From NCBI GenBank assembly GCA_038087875.1, contig JAXLNO010005631.1:318647-374000 (forward strand): a stretch of 55,354 nucleotides of DNA, read 5' to 3'. The stretch comes from Malacoraja senta (taxonomy: Eukaryota). Positions 10,950 to 23,800 of this stretch are shown here, one piece after another; the first letter of the stretch is position 1; every line of letters starts with the position of its first letter. Below the pieces are notes generated by a model. That model did not search any database. It was not told where the DNA came from and worked only from the letters and a program-made list of their open reading frames with translations. The position numbers and the translations under genes are program-made.

Positions 10950-11790
10950 CTAGTCAAGCCCTTAACTCAGGGTGAATTATCATCATTTATTCACATTTAA
11001 ACTCTCTGACACGTCATTTTTACCATGTTATTCCGCATGGGACATGTTCCAGGGAAATATTTGTAACGCGATTTCATGAACAACAGTGTTGTACACTGAA
11101 TAATATTTATAGTAACGGATCACCAATCGACACGAACATTAAAGGTTGGACCAGGAGAGGCCATTTGGCCCTTTAACCTGGTTCAGCCTTCAACCTGATC
11201 ATTGCTGATCGTCATGTGCCCGATTATTCAAAATATTATTAGATCCCTGCAACTCCCAGAACTCTATCTAGCAAATTTGTGAATGGATGTAATGAACATC
11301 CATTCTATATTTTAATCATTGCACTTCTCACTTTCAGTCCAGAGTGGCTTTAGGTCCCAAACTATCAGAAGAGCACAAATAAATTATAAAATCCTAATGA
11401 CCCATTGGTTATCCAATTGCGTCGCCAGTTGAGGGTACAAGACACGTGTTGCTGGGCAGATCTTGGAGTTGTTAGTTTGCAGTCAGCAGCTCCGTGCATC
11501 GGGCTGGAATCAGTACATTCATTTTCTCTAAATAATCCACAGGTGCTTCCGTTCAGTTATTCCTGCTCTTTGCTAACGGGGAATGTTCGACTCATAATAT
11601 GCGGGGGAAGGTGAAATCAATTGAATCAGAATAAATATGAATAAATATGAAATCCCAGGCATTAAAAAAAATGAAGCTTTAAAGGTGAGTTCTGAGGCTA
11701 ATAAAATTAAGTGAGACACAGAAGCGGCAGGGACAACGTAACATTTTGGACAACCATCCATGATCAAGTTGAACGACCAATAAGCAATAA
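10950..11790 (+). pseudogene. Plus-strand class C GPCR flytrap remnant (inverted paralog), with a repeat insertion at about 11140-11280
   Basis: RVNY..KLSDTSFL..DMFQ (cf. QVGY..ILSD..SFL..DFHQ). A single frame then carries NEHPF (11291), VPNYQK (cf. IPNVKK), QVLPFSY and DNVTF. 11538-11559 is an exact 22-bp inverted match to 26755-26776. Confidence 0.55.
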
Positions 11791-11799
11791 TGCAATATC

Positions 11800-11990
11800 A
11801 AGGAGAGACATTAGTTTGAATGCTGTAAAATCGGTATGGGTAGAACTGCGATATAGTCGAGGGCAGAAAACGCTTGTTGGAGTGGTATACAGACCATCAC
11901 ACAGCAGGAGGAATGTTTGGGATAGCATGAGTCAGGAAATTAGGGATGCGTGCAGCAAAGGTACAGCGGTTATCATGGGTGATTTTAATA
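11800..11990 (+). mobile_element. CR1 endonuclease fragment, left half of a split host element
   Basis: ORF 11711-11998 tail: SVWVELRYSRGQKTLVGVVYRP..AVIMGDFN. The sequence resumes at about 16325 (IDWAN..F+ECIRDGFL). Confidence 0.8.
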
Positions 11991-14900
11991 GACAATAGAC
12001 AATAGACAATAGGTGCAGGAGTAGGACATTCGGCCCTTCGAGCCAGCACCGCCATTCAATGTGATCATGGCTGAGCATCCCCAATCAGTACCCCGTTCCT
12101 CCTTCTCCCCATATCCCATGACTCCGTGATTTTTAAGAGCCCTCTCTAGCTCTCTCTTGAAAGCATCCAGAGAACCTGCCTCTACCACCCTCTGAGGCAG
12201 AGAATTCCACAGACTCACCACTCTATGTGAGGAAAAAGTGTTTCCTCGTCTCCGTTCTAAATGGCTTACTCCTTATTCTTAAACTGTGGCCCCTGGTCTG
12301 GACTCCCCCAACATTGGGAACATGTTTCATGCCTCTAGCGTGTCGAAACCCTTAACAAGCCTTATAAGTTTCAATGAGATGCCCTCTCATCCTTCTAAAC
12401 TCCAGAGTGTACAAGCCAGCTTCTCCATTCTCTCAGCATATGACAATCCCACCATCCCGGGAATTAACCTTGTAAACCTACGCTGCACTCCCTCAATAGC
12501 AAGAAATGGTCCTCAAATTAGGGGACCAAAATTGCACACAATACCTCAGTGTGGTCTTATTGGGCTCTGTACAACTGCAGAAGGACCTCTTTGCTCCTAT
12601 ATTCGATTCCTCTTGTTAAAAGGCCACATGTCATTCGCCTTCTGCACTGCCTGCTGTACCTGCCATGCTTACTTTCATAGACTGATGTACAAGGACCCCC
12701 AGATCCCGATGACTTCCCTTTTCCTAACTTAATGCCATTTAGATAATAATCTGCCTTCCTGTTTTTGCTACCAAAGTGGATAAACTCACATTTAACCGCA
12801 TTAAACCTCATCTGCCATGCATCTGTCCACTCCCCCAACCTGTCCAAGTCACCTTGCATTCTCATAGCATCCTCCTCACAGTTCACACTGCCACCTAGCT
12901 TGGTGTCATCTGCAAATTTACTAATGTTACTTTGAATCCCTTCATCTAAATCATTGATGTATATTGTAAATAGCTGCGGTCCCACTACTCACTGCCTGCC
13001 ATTCTGAAAGGGACCCGTTAATCCCTAGTCTTTGCTTCCTGTCTGCCAACCACTTCTCTATCCATGTCAGCACTCTACCCCCAATGTCATGTGCCCTAAG
13101 TTTGCCCACTAAATCTCCTATGTGGGACCTTATCAAATGCTTTCTGAAAGTCCAGGTACACTACATCCACTGGCTCTCCCTTGTCCATTTTCTTAGTTAC
13201 ATCTTCAAAAATTTACAGAAGATTAGTCAAGCATGATTTCCCCTTCGTAAATCCATGCTGACTCAGATCGATCCTGTTAATGCTATCCAAATGTTCGGCT
13301 ATCTCATCTTTTATAATTGACACCAGCATCTTCCCCACCACCGATGCCAGGCTAACTGGTATATAATTCCCTGTTTTCCCTCTCCCGCCTTTTGTAAAAT
13401 GTGTGATAACAGTAGCTACCCTCCAATCCACCGGAACTGATCCTGAGTATATAGAACATTGGAAAAATTATCACCAATGCATCCACGATTTCGAGAGCCA
13501 CTTCCTTAAGTACCCTGGGATGCAGACCATCAGGCCTTGGGGATTTATCAGCCTTCAGTCCCATCAGTCTACCCTGCACCATTTCCTGCCTAATCTGGAT
13601 TTCCTTCAGTTCCTCCGTCAACCAGATCCTCTGGCCACTACTATATCAGGAAGGTTGCTTGTGTCCTCCTTAGTGAAGACAGATCCAAAGTACCTGTTCA
13701 ACTAATCTGCCATTTCCTTGTTCCCCATAATAAATTCACCTTTTTCGGTCTTCAAGGATCCAATTTTGGTCTTAACTAATTTTTTCCTCTTCGCATACCA
13801 AAAGAAGCTTTTTCTATCCTGCTTTATATTCTTGGCTAGCTTACCTTCATACCTCATCTTTTCTCCCCGTATTGTCTTTTTGGTTATCTTCTGTTGTTCT
13901 TTAAACATTACCTAATCCTCTTGCTTCTCGCTCAACTTTGCTACGTTGTACTTCTTCGCTTTAATTTTTATACTTTCCCTGACGTCCCTTGTCAGCCATG
14001 GTCGTCCCTTTATCTCCTTGGAATCTTTCTTCCTCCGAGGAATGAACTGATCCTGCACCTTCTGTATTATTGCTAGAAATACCTGCCATTGTTGTTCCAC
14101 TGTCATCCCGGCTAGTGTATCTTTCCAGTCAACTTTGGCCAGCTCCTCCCTCATGGCCCCTTTATTCAACTGCAACACTGACACCTCCTATCTACTCTTC
14201 TCCCTCTCCAATTGTAGATTAAACCTGACCATGTTATGGTCACTGCCTCCTAATGGATCATTAACCTCAAGTTCCTTTATCAAATCCGGTTCATTACATA
14301 ACACTAAATCCAGAATTGCCTTCTCCCTGGTAGGCTCCATTAAAAGCTGTTCTAAGAATCCATCACGAAGGCACTCCACAAAGTCCCTTTCTTGGGGTCC
14401 AGTACCAACCTGATTTTCCCAGTCTACCCGCATGTTGAAATCTCCCATAACAACCACAGCATTACTTTTGCTACATGCCAATTTTAACTCCTGATTCAAC
14501 TTGCACTCTATGTCCAGGCTACTGTTTGGGGGCCTGTAGATTTGTCCCATTAGATTCTTTTTTCCTTTACAATTCTTTAGTTCTATCCATACTGACTCCA
14601 CATCTCCTGTTTCAATGCACCCCTTGCAAGGGACTGAATTTCATTCCTCACCAGCAGGGCAACCCCACCCCCTCTGCCCACCTATCTGTCTTTTCGATAA
14701 GAGGTATACCCTTGAATATTCAGTTCCCAGCCCTGGCCCTCTTGCAGCCATGTCTCAGTAATTCCCACAACATCATACTTGCCAGTTTCTAACTGAGCCT
14801 CAAGCTCGTCCACTTTATTCCTTATACTTCGCTCATTCATATACAACAATTTGACCTCCGTATTCACTTCTCCCCTCGCACCGCTCGTAATTGGCCCCGA

Positions 14901-16220
14901 CCTTAATCTGTTGTCCATTCTCGAGCTTTCCTTCCCATTAATTCAAGAATCTTTTGTAATTTTTCCTGTAGTCACTTCCCCTTGAAATCCATCTTTATAC
15001 TCCCAATTTGTCAATCCCTCCCCCCCCACTATTTAGTTTAAACCCACACGTGTAGCCCTAGCAAACCTGCCTGCCAGAATGTCGGTCCCCCTCCAGTTAA
15101 GGTGTAACCCGTCCCTTTTGTACAGGTCACCCCCTCCCCCAGAAGGGATCACAGTGGTCTATAAATCTAAATCCTTGCTCCCTGCTCCAGCCCCTCAGCC
15201 ACACATTCAGATTCCCTATCTCCCTGTTTCTGTCCTCACTAGCACGAGGTACTGGAAGCAATCCAGAGATAACCTCCCTAGAAGTCCGGCATTCAGTCTT
15301 CATCCCAACTCTCTAAAGTCATGCTGGAGAACCTCCTTCTTCTTCTTCCCGGTGTCGTTTGTGCCTACATGCACAGCTACTGCCGACTGTTCACCTTCTC
15401 TCTCTCGAGGATGTTCTGAATTCGGCTCGTGACATCCTGAACCCTGGCATCAGGGAGGCAACAGACCATCCTCGCCTCTCGTCTGCCGCCACAGAATCTC
15501 CTGTCCGCTCCTCGGACAATGGAGTCACCCACCACTATGGCTCTGCCCGACATTGGTCTCGCCGTTCGAGTCCCATCTCTAGGATTGGAGCCACTGACGT
15601 ATCCGCCACTCGGACTGGAAACATCTTCTCCCCCGACAGTTCCCAAGAGGGCGTACCTGTTTTCATTAGGCACAGCCACCTGGGTCTACTGCACTCCACG
15701 ATTTCCACCCTTTCTCTCAGTCACACACCTTGGTTCTTCCCGTATCCTCGGCGTGACTACCTCACTGTAGGTCCTATCCAGGAAACACTCGTTTTCCCGG
15801 ATGGACCTGAGGTCATCCAGCTGCTTCTCCAGTGCCCCAACACGGTCCTTTAGGAGCTGAAGCTGGACGCACTTGCCACAGTTGTAGCAGCCAGAGGCTC
15901 CATTTGTGTCCCTGAGCTCCCACATTCTGCAAGCCTCACACTGTCTCATCTGCCCCGACATGTGTTCACCACGCTCCATCCTCTCGAGCTTTATGGGTAG
16001 CCTCCTCTCCTCAGCCTCCTCGCCGAAGGCTCTCGAGCCAAAGACTCACACTTTTCTCACAAGGCCGCTCCCTCACTGGCGCTCCCTAAGAGCCGCCTTG
16101 CTTATATTGACTGATAAATTGCCTAACTTACCAATCTACCAACCAAATTCCTCAGTTTTAAACTGTTTTCCCCCTCTGACTCACTTCTAACTCTCCTCCC
16201 ACTCGGGCTAGAGCCAATCA
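11991..16220 (-). mobile_element. Near full-length CR1 LINE (5' UTR, ORF1, ORF2 EN+RT, tail), disrupted
   Basis: ORF1 pieces 15686-15979 (CEACRMW..CGKC) and 15377-15679 (VVGDSIVRG, PDARVQDV). EN 14188-14918 (LYMNERS, MGDFN, ILDLVL). RT 12557-13621 (FADD). (GACAATA)n tail at about 11990-12010. Confidence 0.92.
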
Positions 16221-16324
16221 CTGCTTTTTCCTGCTCTTTGCTGCTGTTTCTTCAAAATCCATGGGAGCTCTGAGTTAAGTCTGCCTGTGCTTCGCCTATA
16301 CCTATAATTTACCTATAGATTTAC

Positions 16325-19090
16325 CTATAGATTGGGCTAACTAAATTGGTAACAGTGCTGATGAGGAGGATTTCCAGGAATGTATAAGGGATGGGTTTTT
16401 AAACCAATATGCAGAGGAACAAACTCGAGGGCCGGCCATCCTAGACTGCGTATTGTGTAACGAGGATGGATTAGTTAGCGATCTTGTTGTGCAAGGCCCC
16501 TTGGGCAACCCTGACCATAATATGGTGGAATTCCGCATTAGAATGGAGAGGGACACGGTTAATTCAGAGGCTAGGGACCTGAAATTGAATAAAGGAGACT
16601 TTGAAGGTATGAGATGAGAACTGGCTAGGATAGACTGGCAAATTATACTTAAAGGGTTGACAGTGGAGATGCAATGGCGAAGATTTAAGAACGCTTGGAT
16701 AAACTCCATAAATTGTTAGAGTCACAGAGTCATAGATTGATTCATTGTGGTAACGGGCCCTTCGGCCCAACTCGCCCACATCAGCCAACAATGTCCCAGT
16801 TACACTAGTCCCACTTGCCTGCGCTTGGTCCATATCCCTCCAAACATGTCCAACTATGTACCTGTCTAACTGTCTCTTAAACTATGGGATAGTCCCAGCC
16901 TCAACTACCCCCTCTGTCAGCTTATTCCATACACCCACCACCCTTTGTGTGAAAACGTTACCCCTCAGATTCCTGATAAATCATTTCCCCTTCACCTTGA
17001 CCCTATGTCCTCTGGTCCTCGATTCCCCCACTCTGGGCAAAAGACTCTGTGCATCTTCCCAATCTATTGTTCTCATGATTTTGTATACCTCAAAAAGATC
17101 TCCCTTCATCATCCTCCTGAGCTCCATGGCGAAAAAATAAAACTGCAAAGGCGGCTCAACCGTGGCTGAGGAGGGAAGACAAGGATAGTGTTAAAACCAA
17201 GGAAGAGGCAAATAAATTGGCCAGAAGAAGCGGCAAATCGGGGGACTGGGAAATTTTTGGAATTAAACGGAGGAGGACAAAGGGGTTAATTAAGAGGGGG
17301 GAGAGCATGAAAGAAAGCTTGCGGGGAATATAAAAACTGACTGTAAATGTTTATTTTGATATATAAAAAGAAAAAGATTAGCAAAGACATATGTAGGCCC
17401 TTTACAGTCAGAGACCGGTGAATTTATAATGGAAAACAAGGAAATCACAGAACAGTTAAACGAGTACTTTGATTCTGTCTTCACTAAGGAAGATACAAAC
17501 AATCTCCCATAAATACTAGTGGGAGGGAGGAACTGAAGGGAATCCACATTAGTCAGAAAATGGTGTTAGGTGAACTGTTGGGACTGAAGGCAGATAAATC
17601 CACAGGGCTTCATAGTCTATATCCGAGAGTCCTCAAGGAGGTGGCCCTAGAAATCTTGGATGCAATAGTGATAATTTTTCACTGTTCTCACGACTCTGGA
17701 TCAGTTTCTGTGGACTGGAGAGAAGCCTATGTAACTGCACTTTTTAAGAAAGGAGGGAGAGGGAAAACGGGGAATTATAGGCCAGTTAGTCTTACGTCAG
17801 TAGTGAGGAAGATGCTGGAGTCGATTATGAAAGATGTAAAGCAGCGCATTTGGAAAGCAGTGACGGGATCGGTCAAAGTCAGCATGGATTAAAGAAGGGT
17901 AAATCATGCTTAACTAATCTATTGGAATTTTTTGAGGATGTAACAAGTCGAATGGATAAGGGAGAGCCAGTGGATGTGGTGTATCAGGACTTGCAGAAAA
18001 CCTTTGACAAAGTCCCACACAAGAGATTAGTGTGCAAAATTAGAGCACTTGGTATTGGGGGTAGGGTATTGACATGGATAGAGAACTGTTTGGCAGACAG
18101 GAAGCAAAGAGTAGGAATTACCGAGTCATTTTCAGGTAGTGACTCTTGGCGTGTCGAAAGGCTCGGTGCTGGGACCCCCGTTGTTTACAATATATATTAA
18201 CGATTTAGACGAGAGAATTAAATAATTTAAACATCTCTAAATTTATGGGTGATACAAAGCAGGGTGGCAGTGTGGGCTGCGAGGAAGATGCTATGAGGCT
18301 GCACGGCTCATAGCATCTTGTAACGGTTCGGTGAGTGGGCAGAAGCATGGCAGATGCAATATAATGTGGATAAATGTGAGGTTATCCACTTTAGTGGCAA
18401 GAACAGGAGGTAGATTATTATCTGAATGGTGTCAGATTAGGAGAAGGGGAGGTGTAACGAGACCTGGCTCTGCTTGTACATCAGTCACTGAAAGTAAGCA
18501 TGCAGGTACGGCAGACAGTGAAGAAAGCAAATGGCATGTTGGCCTTCATAGCAAGAGGATTTGAGTTTAGGAGCAAGGAGGTCCTACTATATTTGTACAA
18601 AGCCCTGGTGAGAACACACCTGGAATATTGTGTGCAATTTTTGTCTCCTAATTTGAGGAAGGACATTATTGCTATTGAGGGGTGCACCATAGGTTCAGCA
18701 TGTTAATTCCCGGGATGGCGAATACGTCAATATGATGAAAGAATGCGTCTACTGCGCTTGTATTCGCTGTAATTTAGAAGGATAAGAGGGGATCATGTAG
18801 ACACATATAAAATTCTTAGAGGATTGGACAGGGTAGATGCAAGGATAATGGTCCCGATGTTGGGGGAGTCCAGAAGCAGGAGTCACAGTTTAAGATTTTA
18901 GGGACAGGCCATTTCCGATTGAGATGAGGCAAAACCTTTTCACCCAGAGAGATGTGAATCTGTAGAATTCTCTGCCACAGAAGGCAGTGGAGAGCAGTTC
19001 ACTGGATGTTTTCAAGAGTGAGTTAGATTTACCTCTTAGGGCTAAAGGAATCAAGGGTTATGCGGAAAAAGCTAGAAGAGGGTACTGATT
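16325..19090 (+). mobile_element. CR1 ORF2 (EN to 3' UTR), right half of the split host, degenerate
   Basis: ORFs 17560-17892, 17850-18200 and 18500-18706 match the CR1 RT; the 3' UTR ends near 19090. Confidence 0.88.
16715..17130 (-). mobile_element. Short CR1-like 3' fragment nested in the plus-strand CR1
   Basis: Same 3' end type as 9371-9720 (GAGTCACAGAGTCATAG..GGCCCTTCGGCCCAACTCGCCCACATC). The host frame resumes at about 17135. Confidence 0.8.
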
Positions 19091-19245
19091 TTAAATGCTC
19101 AGCAATTCATTCCTCCAAGGGCACCTATTTTAATAACAGTAATAATAATAATATATACTTTATTGATCCCCTCAGGGAAATTCAGAAATATTTTCCTGAA
19201 GAATATTTTCTATATTTCTACCTTTCTATGTTTCAAAACAAAAAA

Positions 19246-20807
19246 CTGAGATCGAACGGCCCACTCATGCGATTTATCTGTTACCTTTTGTCTGCCTATG
19301 TTTTAGCAAATTCATTTTAATTCGCTGACCTATCGAGCAGGTTCCCCGTGTCTTCTACAAGTCTACAGTAGTCCATTCAATCGAAGTGGGGAAAACTAAA
19401 TTAACTTTATTAACGCCTCATACTTCCATCTAATTGTTTGTTTTTATGTGGCTCTGCACAGATGATCCTTATTATCATAAGAGTGCGCAAGGAATAAATG
19501 ATAATGACTAATAGCATAAGGAAGGAATGCACTTAAGATTCTGCCGAACCAGATTAACCCCCCTCTTTTATATTATCTGTGGTGATATTGTGAACGATGG
19601 GCAAGAGTTCACCATGTAACTGAAAGGAAACACCTGTGTCGACCGTGCTGTTAAATTAATCAGGCGCTTTCGGTCTGCTGCTCAAACACTGAAAACTCTG
19701 ATGGTGAATTACAACTAACAACAATAAAAAAACTACCTCACAATCTATATCTAACAAACTTCCAGCTACCAATCTTATTGGTTACATGCTGTATCATTTC
19801 GACTAAATTGTCAAGAGTATCAATTCTGATCATGTATATCCCAGGTACTGTGTTTGATTGGGATTAGCTTTCACGTGTACAGTGGGCATCAATGTCTCTT
19901 AGATTCTGTATGGAATCTGTTTAGAGATTACCTGACACAGATTTATAAGGTAGTTCATATAGTGGGTATGATTGCTAGTCACACACCACGCAGATAGTGA
20001 CCTGAGTAAAAATGAGTAAATTACCGTATGGATGCTCATTATCTTCCCGCTTAGCGAAGGCCAGAGGTGTCCACATTGTATCCGTTTGCACACTGAAGCA
20101 GAACATATGAAGTGAACTCTTCTGCGTGAAGGTCACTGGGTGATATAATGTAGGCGTGTGTGAAAATGTAAAACATATCTGGGATGATCAGTGGGGTCTG
20201 AATTCCATGTTCCTTAGCCAGAGCACACAGACATTTAACAAATCGACCAATGCTGCGATCCATGTGTACCCCCGCGTATTTTCCTGCACCAGTCATCTCT
20301 TTCTGACTATTGAGTGCGGTAGAAATACTCCTTTGGCGCAATTAATTGTATATTTCGCTTTGTTTGAGTAAATTAATGCTCAATACACAAAATCAATGAC
20401 TCAATGATTCAATGATACTTTATTGCCACATGCAGCTAGGTACAGTGAAATTCTTTATTTTTGCATACAATCTAGTAAAATCACACAGCAGACCTCACCT
20501 AGGTAATGCACAAAGAGTCGCCATATTTCTGGCACCGAAAAATGTCTTTTGAACTGACATCGATAACAGTTCAGTCAAAAGTCAATTTCTTTGCACCGAT
20601 GGAAACCATCCTTGATTTAACCATTTAATCACAGCTAAGTATTATCGGTATATCTGCTGGAGTCACATTGCGGGCAATGACACCACTGGTAAATACATGG
20701 TTATCTCCATAAACATTGTTCGTTCAAATTCTACAAGAGCAGAGGAATGTACTGCTAATATACTGAGCAAAGCCCCCACAACTGTTTTTCAAACAAATAT
20801 TATAGGG
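19246..20807 (-). pseudogene. GPRC6A-like class C GPCR pseudogene, nearly whole Venus-flytrap domain, apparently without introns
   Basis: Ordered motifs across frameshifts and stops: VVGALLSI (cf. IIGGLFAI), EITMYL (cf. EISVFL), YFYRT (cf. SFLRT), GYTWIAAL (cf. GWNWIG / WNWVAAL), ICFTF (cf. VCIAF), GGLIW..PYAISH (cf. PGLIH..GYAIRD), EV*GVNKVNL (cf. ELLGVLKNVTF), PHFD. A repeat insertion lies at about 20395-20520. Confidence 0.65.
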
Positions 20808-20869
20808 AGGGTAACCCTTGACGAAGCCCAGTGCTTACGTGGATCTTGGACAAGCAGCAATCAAAGAGA

Positions 20870-23800
20870 AGCAGGGAGAAGAGCTTATTGGCTGAAACCC
20901 GTGGGAAAGGTGAGTAAGTCACTGGGGAAAAAGTTGAAAACTGAGGAATTTGGTTTGTAAATTGGTAATTTAGGCAATTTATCAGTCAATATAAGTAAGG
21001 CTGCTCTAGGTGAGCGGCATTGAGTAAGCGGCCTTGTGAGGGAAGTGTGAGCCCTTGGCTCGATAGTCTTCGAAGAGGAGGCTACGCAAAAAGCTGGAGG
21101 AGACTGGACGCAGTGAACACATGACGGGTAAGAGGAGGCGGTGTGATGTTTGCAGGATGTGGGAGCCCAGGGACACGGATGGAGCCTCTTGCTGCTACAA
21201 CTGTGGCAAGTGTGTTCAGGTTCAGCTCCTGAAGGACCATGTTGGGGCACTGGAGAAGCAGCTGGATTTTTTCAGGGCCATCCATGAAAATGAGAGTTTC
21301 CTGGACAGGACCCACAGTGAGGTTGTCACGCCAAGGATACGAGAAGAACGAAGGTGGGTGACTAAGAGAATGGGTGGTAACCGTGGAGTGCAGGAGACCC
21401 AGGTGGCTGGGCCTAATGAAAACAGGTACGCCCTCTTGGGAACTGTCGGGGGAGATGATGCTTCCAGTCCAAGCGGCGGATACTCCGGTGGCTCCAATCT
21501 TAGAGATGGGACTCAACCGGTGTCGGGCAGAGCCATAGTGGTGGGTGAATCCGTTGTCCGAGGAGCAGACAGGAGATTCTGTGGCGGCAGTCAAGATGCG
21601 AGGATGGTCTGTTGCCTCCCTGGTGCCAGGGTTCAGGATGTCACGAGCCGAATTCAGAACATCATCGAGAGAGAAGGTGAACAGCCGGCAGTAGTTGTGC
21701 ACATAGGCGCAACGTGAGTCACAAACGACATCGGGAAGAAGTGGAAGGATGTTCTCCAACGTGAGTTCAGAGAGTTTGGAAGAAGACTGAAAAGCAGGAC
21801 TTCTAGGGTGGTTATCTCTGGATTGCTTCCAGTACCTCGTGCTAGTGAGGACAGGAACAGGGAGATAGGGGATCTGAATGTGTGGCTGAGGGGCTGGTGC
21901 AGGGAGCAAGGATTTAGATTTATAGACCACTGGTATCTCTTCTGGGGTAGGGGGTGACCTGTACAAAAGGGATGGGTTACACCTTAACTGGAGGGGGACC
22001 GACATTCTGGCAGGCAGGTTTGCTAGGGTTACACGTGTGGGTTTAAACTAAATAGTGGGGGGGAGGGATAGACAAATTGGGAGTATAAAGATGGAGTTGA
22101 AGGGGAAGTGAGTATAGGAAAAATCACAAAAGATTCTAGGATTAATGGGAAGGAAAGTTCGAGAAGGGATAAAAGAGTAAGGTCAGGGCCAATTGCGAGC
22201 AGTGCGAGGGGGAACATGAATATGGAGGTCAAAGTGTTGTATATGAATACGCGAAGTATAAGAAATGAAGTGGACGAGCTTGAGGCTCAGTTGGAAATTG
22301 GCATGTATGATGTTGTGGGAATTACAGAGACATGGCTGCAAGAGGGCCAGGGCTGAGAACTGAATATCCAAGGGTATACCTCCTATCGAAAAGACAGGTG
22401 GGCAGAGGGGGTGGGGTAGCTCTGTTGGTTGAGGAATGAAATTCAGTCCCTTTCAAGGGGTAACATTGAAACAGGAGATGTGGAGTCAGTATGGATAGAA
22501 CTAAGGAATTGTAAGGGTAAAAAGACCCTAATGGGACTTATCTACAGGCCCCCAAACAGTAGCCTGGACATAGGGTGCGTTGAATAAGGAGTTAAAATTG
22601 GCATGTAGCAAAGGTAATGCTGTGGTTGTTATGGGAGATTTCAACATGCAAGTAGACTGGGAAAATCAGGTTGGTACTGGACCCCAAGAAAGGGACTTTG
22701 TAGAGTGCCTTTGTGATGGATTCTTAGAGCAGCTTGTATTGGAGCCAACCAGGGAGAACGCAATTCTGGATTTAGTGTTATGTAACGAACTGGATTTAAT
22801 AAAGGAACTTGAGGTTAATGAGCCATTAGCCATATTATGGCCAGGTTTAATCTACAATTGGAGAGGGAGAAGGGTAGATCGGAGGTGTCAGTGTTACCGT
22901 TGAATAAGAGGGACTGTGGGGCCATGAGGGAGGAGCTGGCCAAAGTTGACTGGAAAGATACACTAGCAGGGATGACAGTGGAACAACAATGGCAGGTATT
23001 TCTAGGAATAATACAGAAGGTGCAGGATCAGTTCATTCCTGGGAGGAAGAAAGATTCCAAGGGGAGTATGGGGTGACCGTGGCTGACAAGGGACATCAGG
23101 GACAGTATAAAAATAAAAGAGAAGAAGTACAATGTAGCAAAGATGAGTGGGAAGCAAGAGGATTGGGTAATGTTCAAAGAGCAACAGAAGATAACTAAAA
23201 AGACAATACGGGGAGAAAAGATGACGTACGAAGGTAAGCTAGCCAAGAATATAAAGGATGATACTAAAAGCTTCTTTAGGTATGTGAAGAGGAAAAAATT
23301 AGTTAAGACCAAAGTTGGACCCTTGAAGACCGAAAAAGGTGAATTTATTATAGGGAAAAAGGAAATGGCAGATGAGTTGAACAGGTACTTTGGATCCGTC
23401 TTCACTAAGGAGGACTCAAACAATCTTCCTGATATAGTAGTGGCCAGAGGATCTGGGGTGACGGAGGGACTGAAGCAAATCCACTTTAGGCAGGAAATGG
23501 TGTTGGGTAGACTGATGGGACTGAAGGCTGATAACTCCCCAGGTCCTGATGGTCTGCATCCCAGAGTACTTAAGGAAGTGGCTCGAGAAATCGTGGATGC
23601 ATTGGTGATAATTTTCCAATGTTCTATAGACTCAGGATCGGTTCCTGTGGATTGGAGGGTAGCTAATGTTATCCCACTTTTTAAGGAAGGCGGGAGAGAG
23701 AACACAGGGAATTATAGATCAGTTAGCCTGACATCGGTGTTGGGGAAGATGCTTGAGTCAATTTATAAAAGATGAAATAGCGGCACATTTGGATAGCATT

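Noticed and set aside
11281-11305. 10-bp inverted repeat GAATGGATGT / ACATCCATTC
   Set aside because: It is short, lies at an insertion junction, and has no supporting context for a terminator or MITE.
11520-11615. Possible 68-nt exon (pyrimidine tract + CACAG, then AAG|GTGAAA)
   Set aside because: The same CACAGGTG lies inside contiguous paralogous sequence in four other copies without an acceptor context, and there is no transcript evidence.
19900-20800. Initial impression of a zona pellucida domain (SDPTDHPRY, VHFICSASVC, TLYHPV)
   Set aside because: The motifs are scattered over different frames and not consistently ordered. The class C GPCR reading explains many more colinear motifs over the whole block.
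21082-23705. Long ORFs 21082-22005 and 23028-23705 (also 49100-49756, 33338-33895, 29483-29875, 30620-31012) as novel proteins
   Set aside because: They are antisense shadows of CR1 ORF1/ORF2 and recur wherever the CR1 recurs.
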